A stretch of DNA of 62,970 bases, filler included, from Octopus bimaculoides (taxonomy: Eukaryota), in NCBI RefSeq assembly GCF_001194135.2. It is 6 parts of 6 records of this genome, joined end to end, with 100 filler letters (N's around TTAATTAATTAA, not from the genome) between each part and the next. Parts side by side here need not be neighbours in the genome. Positions count along the whole stretch, not along the records: positions 1 to 30,767 come from NC_069007.1; positions 30,868 to 49,116 come from NC_068996.1; 4 more parts are not named here. The stretch is one strand, 5' to 3'. Position 1 is the first letter of the stretch. Every line of letters starts with the position of its first letter. Below are positions 26,711 through 36,800 of this stretch, piece after piece. The notes under the pieces were generated by a model. The model did not search any database. It was not told the origin of the DNA and saw nothing but the letters and a program-made list of their open reading frames with translations. The translations under genes and the position numbers were made by a program.

Positions 26711-27119
26711 TTAATAATTTAAAAAATAAATTGAAGCAGTCAAAGAAAATATAATATAAATTTCCTTTAGTCTTCAATTCTTTATTCTTTAACTTCCAAG
26801 AACATTTTTCTTTGGAATCAAATATTCTGGAATAAAACTAAAACTACAAATATAAAAAAGCAAAACAAGTGTAAAAGTCAAATATTGGTTTGTTTCTGTC
26901 TCCTTTTCTTCGCTCGCTTTCTTTTTTTTTTTTATTTGTTGTGTGGAGTTAGTCAGAGTTCGTTTACTTTTTGTCTTTTGTTAATCTTTTCGAAATTTCA
27001 AATATTTTCATGAACTGGAAACATAGAAGTGAATATGAAGGAATCTGAAATTTCATTTTAAATTCGAACTAAAATTTATTATTATAAAAAAATAAAAATA
27101 ATAATAGTAGCAACAACAA

Positions 27120-27150
<31 letters not shown>

Positions 27151-27805
27151 TTTTCATTGAATTTCTTTAGGGGGGAAATCAAATTTCAATAACAGCGGTT
27201 TAAATTAAATTTTACTTTATGATTCTTCTAATTGATATTTTTCCATGATTTTGTGAGAGAAAGAGGGACAACATACATGGCCCTTAATCGGTATCTCCGA
27301 GTCTGTTGAAAGGAAGAAAGCGTTCCTTAGATGATCGGAAACCTGGTTCGAATACTCATGACAGTGAAGACTCCATTAAAGGCTCTCAACCGCGGTCGGG
27401 TTGTAGTATTGAGCAAAGTGATGCTTTAAGTCTAGTGCCATCCTAGAAGGCAGGAACGGTCAGACCGTTGACGGGGTTACTTCTGTACAGTTTCTACTTG
27501 AATTTCATACAAGGCTTTGCTTGCCCCGAAGCTACACCTAAAGGGCCACGCAAAAGAAGAAAAAAAGGGCAGCAAAATGAAAACTGGAACAAAGACACTG
27601 ATACAAACACTAAGATGAGAAAATTGGAAAGAATAAAAAGTCTCTGAGAGGGGGGGGAGATAATGGCAAAAACATTCAGGTGCTTTAACGGCAGAAATTC
27701 TATCGGAACGACTTCACTATTCATTTGGCGTATGTAAGCAAATATGTGTGCATATAAATATATACATGTGTGCGTGTGTGTGTGTGTGCGCGTGCGTGTA
27801 GACAC

Positions 27806-27900
27806 GTAGTTTAGTGGTAAGGTAGTTGGACTCATGGTCGTAATATCGTTGTTTCGATTCCAGGACCAGGCGATGCGTTTTGTTCTCGAGCAAAACAGAA
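27806..27900 (+). mobile_element. SINE family C head
   Basis: gtagtttagtggtaagg...gtttcgattccaggaccaggcg resembles 11379-11460. Confidence 0.65.
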
Positions 27901-27999
27901 TCCGGAAAACCAGCCTCTAAGGAGTCTGTATGACTCGGGACGNNNNNNNNNNNNNNNNNNNNNNNNNNNNNNNNATATATATATATATATATAGTTCAA

Positions 28000-28170
28000 A
28001 TTTACAGAAAACAAAAGACAAGCGAAGGAACAACAATCAGGTGTAATTGATTTAATGATTTAATGCTCTGGAAGAATGGAAAAGTCTTTGACGTTTCGAA
28101 CCTACAAACTTCGATAAAAAACGGAGAGGAAACGCAAGGAACGGAGAGAGAAAAAAAATGTAGGGTTTAA
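28000..28170 (-). mobile_element. Penelope-like terminal fragment with degenerate hammerhead core
   Basis: Minus strand reads TCGAAGTTTGTAGGTTC-GAAACGTC-AAAGAC, with the same layout as 6055-6215. Confidence 0.45.
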
Positions 28171-28789
28171 AGGTTCAGCAAAGGTGAAATGGCCGGAAGA
28201 ATGAGAGGCTGGGTGAAAGGATATTAAAGTGGAATATCTACAAGAAGGCACTCAACTTCAGTGCTTCACTGTGGGATAGAACCCAAGCGAACATGAAACG
28301 AATTTCGTAATCCTATCTTGCCATGTATGCTTGCCATCTCCCAAGTAATTTTTGTGAGAAGTGAGTTGAATATAAAAATATGTGATGGTCACGGCTGAGA
28401 CGCCTTTGATCACAAGTCTGCTCCATCAAATTTGATGTGAAATAAACAACGAAAACAACAATAACAACATCAACAGCAACTGCAACAACAGCAACAAGAA
28501 AAGCCACAAGGGATAAAAGGACTAAACCATCACCAGCCACAATATTAACTTTCAAATAAAGAAAAAAAAAAAAAAACTTAAATTTTAATCAATGGAAATA
28601 AATAAAAAATTATAAAAAGATTTTTAATGAATAAAACAACATCGAACATAAAATAGAAAACAGAAATAAAATGAAAATAAGTTGTAAAATAATTAAAGCT
28701 AATTTTTCAATATGGAAAATAATAAAAATTTTCATTAATAATAATAATGGCTTTCGGCGCAGTGAGGAAAAAAAAAAAGATAAATTTTA

Positions 28790-28900
28790 TGGGAGGGAAC
28801 AGTCGATTTAATCGAGCCCAGTACTTGACTGGTACTTTATTTTATCGACCCTGGACGGATGAAAGGGAATATTGATTGTGGCAAGATTTGAAATGTGAAA
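28790..28900 (-). mobile_element. SINE family A, partial
   Basis: agtcgatttaatcgagcccagtacttgactggtactttattttatcgacc...ggatgaaagg. Confidence 0.75.
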
Positions 28901-29574
28901 GTAAAGAGTTGTAGGATTAATAAATTTTTTCAATAATTCAAATATTAATGTTCTTGATCTTGTTGCTAAGGTGCAGGTGAACATTGATTAAGCAATTTTA
29001 CAAGTGTATCTCGGAATACATAATCCAGTGCATTTTTCTTTTATTAAGACGATTCCCCTGCTATTACTAGTTCGTATCTAGACTGAGATTTCTAATACAG
29101 ACACAAACATCCACCATTCAATATGTAGGCGATTCATTATTTAGCTTGATTTCTTAATTATATTTCTCACCAAACATGTAATTGGTTAGGGTTACACGTC
29201 ACATTTATAGGTTTTGGCCACTTGTTCTTTTGTGACCATTCTTTGGACATGCTGGAGCACTGCTGTTGCTTTCAGATTCACTGCGTCGTTGTTTTCCATC
29301 GTTTCTTCTTTCTCGAATTGCCATTATTAATTTAACTAATTAATTTGCATTAAAGACTCAACTTGTCGCCCAGATAAACACATCAATCAGGCACCTGGGT
29401 TTCCTTTATTGGAATCCATTCTGTTGGGAGCACTCAGAGCAGGTCTCAGGTTTGGAGAGGTGGGGACCTCCCTCCTTACCTTTCACCAGTCTCAGAGACC
29501 TCGTAATCAGTTAAGAGCACCGCGTTCCATTCTGACCAAAAGATCAAAAAATATTATCGTTATTATTAATAGAA

Positions 29575-29765
29575 TTAAAACTTAGCAAAATCGTCAAAAT
29601 AGCGGGTCTCTTTCAGTTTTACGTTCTGAGTTCAAATTCTGTCGAGGTAAGTTTGCCTTTCATCATTTCGGGGTCGACAAATTAGTACCTTTGGGGGTAC
29701 TGGAGTCCATGTGCTCGACTTTCTCTCCCTTAAAATTGCTGGACTTGTGCCAAAATTTGAAACAA
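29575..29765 (+). mobile_element. SINE family A
   Basis: ttacgttctgagttcaaattctgtcgagg...gcctttcatcatttcggggtcgac...aaattgctggacttgtgccaaaatttgaaac. Confidence 0.8.
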
Positions 29766-30867
29766 TTATTAATCATGGAATTTTATTTTCTTAACGTTCG
29801 AAGACATCGTTCACTGTTTATTGTATTTTTATATCTAACGCAACTGTAATTTGCTTATAAAGTTATATCAAGCGCTTTGATTTCAGTTAATTATGTCAGA
29901 CGTTTTGTCTTAAGACCAAAAACCAAAACATCTCAAAACAGCAAGACATAAGAAAGAAAAGACAATAAGAAAGATATGCACATGAAAGTCTTCAAAGCCG
30001 ACGAATATCTGGACAACTTACGTTTGGGACATTGAAGTCGTTTAATTCGGACATATGGTTAACGCTAGATAGACAGTTGCATACGCAATCCCTTTTGGAC
30101 TGCTATGCAATCAGATCTACATGTGTTTTCCAAACCAACAAATATTATATGTTGCCTCTAAAAAACATACATTTTATACATACATCTTACGATATTTACT
30201 GAGTGATTGTAAGCCCGTTTCTAAGCACTTAAGGTTAGCAGTCTCACTCATTCTATCTCTACCTTACTGCTTATGAGTAAGTATGTACACGTGCATATGC
30301 GTGTACACACACCTATGAATATGTATGTATGTATATATATATATATATATTATAGGTGTATGTATGCATGTATTTGTATATCTACATACACAATGCAAAT
30401 GGTAAACTAAGACATATATTCAAATATGGATCTTCAGAAAAGGCATCATAAATATCGACTGATATCAAAGAGTCTCATGAGAAATAGATTATATTATACA
30501 TAAAACAGTATAATATATATATATATATATGCATGTATGTTAATATATGTTAATATATGTGTGTGTTCGTGTCTATGATTATACGTGGGTGTATAAGTAT
30601 ATAACACACACATAACGTGTACGAATTATCATGAGTGTGTATGTATATGAATATGCACACATACATAAATACATAAGTGCATATAAATACGCACGTATAC
30701 CCATCTATATATATATATATATATGATACATATGTGTATGCGTTTATTACTCTATGTTTACAAATATNNNNNNNNNNNNNNNNNNNNNNNNNNNNNNNNN
30801 NNNNNNNNNNNTTAATTAATTAANNNNNNNNNNNNNNNNNNNNNNNNNNNNNNNNNNNNNNNNNNNN

Positions 30868-31084
30868 TGATGATGATGATGATGATGATGATGATTACGA
30901 TGACGACGACGATGATGAAGATGAAGTTGATGATGATGATGATGATGATGATGACGATGATGATGATGATGATGATTACGACGACGACGACGATGATGAA
31001 GATGAAGTTGATGATGATGATGATGATGATGATGACGATGATGATGATGTTGATGATTACGACGACGACGACGACGACGACGAC

Positions 31085-31122
<38 letters not shown>

Positions 31123-31129
31123 CGATGAC

Positions 31130-31173
<44 letters not shown>

Positions 31174-31254
31174 CGATGGTGTTGGTGGAGTTCATGATGG
31201 GTGATGACGATGATGGTGATGATGGTGATGATGATGATGATGATGATAATGAGA

Positions 31255-31285
<31 letters not shown>

Positions 31286-31290
31286 GGCAG
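30868..31290. repeat. Compound (GAT/GAC/GAG)n repeat with a higher-order duplicated unit
   Basis: The unit gattacga(t/c)gacgacgacgatgatgaagatgaagttgat occurs twice inside (GAT)n. Confidence 0.95.
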
Positions 31291-31369
31291 AAACATATAG
31301 CAAATGTGTGGAGGAGAATGATTTTATTGCAAGCTATTTTGGGTACGGGTTTGTGATTAAGAAGTTTGC

Positions 31370-31710
31370 TCTGAACCACGCAGTTTCAGGCTCAATCTCA
31401 GTGCACGGTACCTTTCCCTAGTGTCTTGGGTTGGACTAAATGCCTACTGAGTGAAAATGGCAGACGGCAATTGTGTGGGAGTCCGTCTATATATGTATGT
31501 GTGTATGACTGTAAGGGGTGGATGTTACTGTTGCTTTTAGCCCCAGGAGGACATCTCCTCCAGCTGGCTTATCGACACACTACTGTGTCCTGTTTGTTTT
31601 GCCAAGGGAAATTAACCCTCTCATCGTGATCTGTAGCACGAACGGACCCGAGTTTCAGGGTTATTTCCCTTCGTCAGCGTCCGATAGCCACCGATCTGCG
31701 ATGAGAAAGA
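31370..31710 (+). mobile_element. Degenerate family B-like SINE head followed by a structured segment
   Basis: cagtttcaggctcaatctcagtgcacggtacc resembles the family B head. The segment 31540-31706 contains several complementary pairs. Confidence 0.5.
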
Positions 31711-31865
31711 TAATTCTTGGCAAACCTTATGTATCTTTTAGCAGTGAAATTATTCACTGATATCGAAAAAGTGAAAACAAGCAATGTTAATTCTCTAAAT
31801 GAGGTATTAACAGTAACTGCACAATAAAGTGAAGTATATTGCCACTTATATATATATATATACAT

Positions 31866-32290
31866 ACTCTTTTACTCTTTTACTCTTTTAGTTGTTTCAG
31901 TCATTTGACTGCGGCCATGCTGGAGCACCACCTTTAGTCGAGTAAATCGACCCCAGGACTTATTCTTTGTAAGCCTAGTACTTATTCTATCGATCTCTTT
32001 TGCCGAACCGCTAAGTTACGGGGACGTAAACACACAACCATCGGTTGTCAAGCGATGTTGGGGGGGGGACAAACGCAGACACACAAACATACACACACAC
32101 ACACACATATATATATATACATATATACGACGGGCTTCTTTCAGTTTCCGTCTACCAAATCCACTCACAAGGCTTTGGTCGGCCCGAGGCTATAGTAGAA
32201 GACACTTGCCCAAGGTGCCACGCAGTGGGACTGAACCCAGAACCATGTGGTTGGTAGGCAAGCTACTTACCACACAGCCACTCCTGCGCC
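31866..32290 (-). mobile_element. SINE family B, full-length and apparently young
   Basis: Head GGCGCAGGAGTGGCTGTGTGG...GGGTTCAGTCCC, internal (TA)(TG) run, and a tandem TAAAAGAG tail. Confidence 0.95.
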
Positions 32291-32455
32291 TATATATATA
32301 TATATATATATATATGATATCTGTGTACGGGTGTGTGTGTGTGTGTGTGTATGTTCAAGCCCGTATTTGTTAAACATCACGCTTAACAAGCCGTGCTGGT
32401 TTGTTTATGTGCCCACAGCTTAGCGGTTCGGTAAAAAAATACTGATAGCATACGT

Positions 32456-32591
32456 ACAGACAAAGGGATTAAGTCGATTATATCGACCTCAGTGCATAAC
32501 TGGTACCTAATTTATCGACTCCGAAAGGATGAAAGACAAAGTTGACCTCGGCGGAATTTGAACTCAGAACGTAACGGCAGACGAAATACCG
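32456..32591 (-). mobile_element. SINE family A body (3' part) interrupted by an insertion
   Basis: SINE sequence stops at gacgaaataccg (32591). It shares diagnostic variants (cctcagtgcataac, gaaagacaaagt) with the copy at 34371-34505. Confidence 0.9.
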
Positions 32592-33356
32592 ATTTCTTTA
32601 TTACCCATAAAGGGCTATACAAAGAATTTTTAAGACATCACAAAACATAAAGACGGTACAAAACGCAACAAACATAAAATCGGGGAACTAAAAATACAAA
32701 AGCGAATGATAAGAGTAGAAGAAAAATTGAAATAAATGACAATATGCAAGAATGAAAATATGAGGCGCAATGTCCACTCGAACCCCGAAGTCGTGTGGTT
32801 ACATTTATCCAGTTTTTCACTTTTACGTTCAACATCATGTAAACATTTTAACGGTTTTGCAACCCAAAAAATTCAAACACTCGCGTTACCTTTCTCCCAT
32901 TAACCATTGTTACTTCCGTCCTTATCAACTGCAAATAATCAATTCTAGGGGGTGGTGTCTCCACCAACCATACCCGTTTCGTTATTATATTTTCACCAAG
33001 TTCTTTTATGTACTCCCAGTAGTTTCCCTCCTTTATCAAAATGCATTTCTCAGCACATTTCTCTGGCATCTTCACTCTGATTATTTCCTCCAGCCTCTCG
33101 ACTTTTCTCTCCATCTGCTCGCAATTCTCGTACTTTATCAAAAACCCCTTGTATTTGACATCTTTCTCCGTTTTCTCCTCCTCTTCTTGTACATTATTAG
33201 TTTCTGGCGTTTCTATCTCTTTTATGTTTTCTGTTGACCGTTCCTTTGACTTATTTTTCTTTCGTTTTTTAGGGTTAGTAGCTCCATTTTCGTTCTTTTC
33301 CTTTGTTTTCTCTGTTTCACACTTCTGCCTCTCTTTCAATTCCTCCCTGTGGTCTA
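32592..33356 (-). mobile_element. Short ORF-bearing retroelement with Tx1-type 3' tail, copy 1 (HAL1-like candidate)
   Basis: The frame containing ORF 32848-33339 is open into the gap (Lys/Glu-rich, then KYKGFLIKYENCEQ...TRVFEFFGLQNR). A 3' UTR of about 250 nt ends in GCCCTTTATGGGTAATAAAGAAAT. A second copy is at 58059-58818. Confidence 0.8.
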
Positions 33357-34306
33357 NNNNNNNNNNNNNNNNNNNNNNNNNNNNNNNNNNNNNNNNNNNN
33401 NNNNNNNNNNNNNNNNNNNNNNNNNNNNNNNNNNNNNNNNNNNNNNNNNNNNNNNNNNNNNNNNNNNNNNNNNNNNNNNNNNNNNNNNNNNNNNNNNNNN
33501 NNNNNNNNNNNNNNNNNNNNNNNNNNNNNNNNNNNNNNNNNNNNNNNNNNNNNNNNNNNNNNNNNNNNNNNNNNNNNNNNNNNNNNNNNNNNNNNNNNNN
33601 NNNNNNNNNNNNNNNNNNNNNNNNNNNNNNNNNNNNNNNNNNNNNNNNNNNNNNNNNNNNNNNNNNNNNNNNNNNNNNNNNNNNNNNNNNNNNNNNNNNN
33701 NNNNNNNNNNNNNNNNNNNNNNNNNNNNNNNNNNNNNNNNNNNNNNNNNNNNNNNNNNNNNNNNNNNNNNNNNNNNNNNNNNNNNNNNNNNNNNNNNNNN
33801 NNNNNNNNNNNNNNNNNNNNNNNNNNNNNNNNNNNNNNNNNNNNNNNNNNNNNNNNNNNNNNNNNNNNNNNNNNNNNNNNNNNNNNNNNNNNNNNNNNNN
33901 NNNNNNNNNNNNNNNNNNNNNNNNNNNNNNNNNNNNNNNNNNNNNNNNNNNNNNNNNNNNNNNNNNNNNNNNNNNNNNNNNNNNNNNNNNNNNNNNNNNN
34001 NNNNNNNNNNNNNNNNNNNNNNNNNNNNNNNNNNNNNNNNNNNNNNNNNNNNNNNNNNNNNNNNNNNNNNNNNNNNNNNNNNNNNNNNNNNNNNNNNNNN
34101 NNNNNNNNNNNNNNNNNNNNNNNNNNNNNNNNNNNNNNNNNNNNNNNNNNNNNNNNNNNNNNNNNNNNNNNNNNNNNNNNNNNNNNNNNNNNNNNNNNNN
34201 NNNNNNNNNNNNNNNNNNNNNNNNNNNNNNNNNNNNNNNNNNNNNNNNNNNNNNNNNNNNNNNNNNNNNNNNNNNNNNNNNNNNNNNNNNNNNNNNNNNN
34301 NNNNNN

Positions 34307-34552
34307 TGCTAACGTTTCTTATTTCTTTATTACCCACAAGGGGCTAAACATAGAGGGAGACAAACAAGGACAGACAAAGGGATTAAGTCGATTATATCGA
34401 CCTCAGTGCATAACTGGTACTTAATTTATCGACCCCGAAAGGATGAAAGACAAAGTGGACCTCGATGGAATTTGAACTCAGAACGTAACGGCAGACGAAA
34501 ATACCACTAAGCATTTCGCCCGGCGTGCTAACGTATCTGCCCGCTTGCCGCC
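34307..34552 (-). mobile_element. SINE family A with Tx1-like tail, fused to a second SINE head (dimer)
   Basis: Minus strand: head, body, tail TGTTTAGCCCCTTGTGGGTAATAAAGAAATA, then AGAAACGTTAGCA running into the gap. Confidence 0.9.
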
Positions 34553-35054
34553 CTGCTGTGTTACTGAATATTACAAAATTAAACCGATTGTTGAAAAGGA
34601 GCAGCAGAGCCGATTGTATCAAACATCATTAACATTTGTATTGCTAATACTGATTTTAGTTGTACCAAAATATACTTTTAAAAAAAATATCAATCGAGGC
34701 AAGTTTCGAACCCTAAACCCAGAAAAATGTATTTTAGATAGTGTTATACATTTAATCAGACGGTATATATTCTTAACCACATCCACCGATTTCTGGTTTC
34801 CATCCATATTATCATACAATGCAGCACTTACGTACGCCTACATCTAGGATACCATACATTCTTTTTACTTTTGGAATTTTGTTGTGGTTTATTGAAGGTT
34901 GTTGACTGTTCTGTTTAACTGTTTTTGTTTCCTGAACCCCTTTTGGTGTGCAGAAAGAGTTCTTTTGTTAAAAATTGCTCCTTTTAGGGGCGAATTTTGA
35001 ACTTTTGGTCCCTTAAAAAATATTTTTTTGTTTTTCGTCTAACGAAAAGCAAGA

Positions 35055-36800
35055 TGGCTTCGTTTGTCTAAGGGAGTAGCAGTGGATGTTGTAGCAGCCA
35101 TTACTGCGAAGATGTCCCTCCACTGAAAACACCAGTACCAGTACAAATGCACAGAACAAAAATATTCCAAACAGTCACGACACAAATACAGACAGCAAGA
35201 AGAAAAATACAGACATGAACAACGACTACATGGACAGGGAACAGAAAGGAAAAAACGACGATTCATCAAGCAAACCAGACAAGCGCGGTTTCGCACCTGC
35301 CGCTGGACAAACAAAGGAGCGCGTGAATCTCACATTAGAAAGCATAAAAGACGCGAAGGAGCTGTTAAGGAGAGAAGGAAACGTTATCGTCTTAAACACT
35401 CCTCAAGGCTTAATTAGAGACACAAATAAATGAACTGTAACATATAAATGTCTAAACGTAAATAAAAAATATACAGTGGAACGAGCTGCTGAACAACAGA
35501 TGGAATTGGCACTGAAGCCAATATGGAGCCCGAAGACTTACGCGACACATGGATAGCGCTTCGGTATTGTGGAAGTGCGTTTTACAATGGAGCGAGAAGC
35601 AAGAAAGTACTCCTAAAAACAGATGAATTACTGCTCGTGCCGACATACCTGGGTCGGCGCGTAACTAAAGTGAAAATTGTTGAGGTGCTCCCCAGAAATA
35701 AGCATATGCTGGCTGGCTGGCTGGCTGGTGGTGGATGTCCTCTTACAGATAGAGGACAGCGTCACAATATTAGAGGTGCATGAACTGCACCAGAAGAATT
35801 AGTCGGATCAGGGGTTGGAACTCTTTGTTCAAATTGAACAAGAGGCATTAAATCCAATCCCTGACTCAATAAGCTTACCTGACGGCACCAGGCTATACGT
35901 GACTGTGGAGGGCAGGAGACCGAGGTGCTATTATTGTGGAAACGATCAGCACCTCAAGGTTGACTGTCTCTAACGACACCTGAACCGGGGGCACCACCAG
36001 CACAGCAGCAGAAGTAACCAACCCAAATACCAATACCATCACCCCCAGCAACAACAACAGCGACGCCACCTCCAGCCGTCACAAGGGTACCACAACACCA
36101 GCACCAACAACACAGACACCAGCCGGAGTACCCCCGCCATCAGCTGGAGTACCAGTAGCTGTAACACCACCATCAACAGCTACTACAACAGTAGCAACAG
36201 CAACAGCAACAGAGGAACCCCAACAAAACCAAGTCCCAGAGAAAATCCCCCTTCCCAACCAAAACAACTCGAACTGTTCGAGTACTGAGGTCGAGAGGGA
36301 GGAGTGGCAGACAGTCCCACCCCGCCAAAAAGAAAGAAAAAGACAGTAGAAGAAAAATAGGGGGGAGCGCAAACAAGAACTCTCCAACAGCAGCAACACA
36401 TACACACAACGATCAACAACAACAACATCACCTCCACAAGCCCTACCACCTCAAACTCCAACACCACCACAAACAGATTCTACAAGCACTACAAACCTCA
36501 CAGCCATAAATACAGGGAACACAAACCTAATCACATACTTAAGAGACAATACAAACACCACAATGACAGACTTTGTCTTCCCAACGCAACTCTCCACGAC
36601 CACAATTCAAATTTTTAAAATGACAGAACAAAATTACAACGTAATAAAAACAATATTCCCGGAAGCTGTTGGGTTGCTCCAACAAAAAGAATATATAAAA
36701 ACCTCGTGGAAGCACCCACACGAAAGACCAAGTGTACCACCATACCAGACAACAGTGGTAAGTAGAGCTCTTATCCGTCCTAAATTTATTTTAACATGGT
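35055..36800 (+). pseudogene. Tx1 ORF1 pseudogene (gag-like, CCHC zinc knuckle)
   Basis: IPDSISLPDGTRLYVTVEGRRPRCYYCGNDQHLKVDC (CX2CX4HX4C at 35926-35967), a Pro/Thr-rich linker, and C-terminal MTEQNYNVIKTIFPEAVGLLQ. Many stops and frameshifts. Confidence 0.8.

Noticed and set aside
30022-30102. Minus-strand candidate exon QSKRDCVCNCLSSVNHMSELNDFNVPN with a GTAAGT donor
   Set aside because: The acceptor is weak and the resemblance to GPS-type motifs is only superficial.
30812-30823. TTAATTAATTAA islands inside N runs (also 49161, 54857, 58863 and 61701)
   Set aside because: Each is centred in a 100-bp block of 44 N + 12 + 44 N and puts stop codons in all six frames. This is an artificial scaffolding spacer, not biology.
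30869-31202. Poly-Asp reading frame resembling acidic biomineralisation proteins
   Set aside because: It is a (GAT)n microsatellite next to a gap, with no start codon, signal peptide or splice evidence. The poly-Met, poly-His and poly-Ile ORFs are other frames of the same repeat.
32456-34505. 135-bp direct repeats around the ORF element read as LTRs
   Set aside because: They are the two monomers of a SINE dimer, with no TG...CA ends, primer-binding site or polypurine tract.
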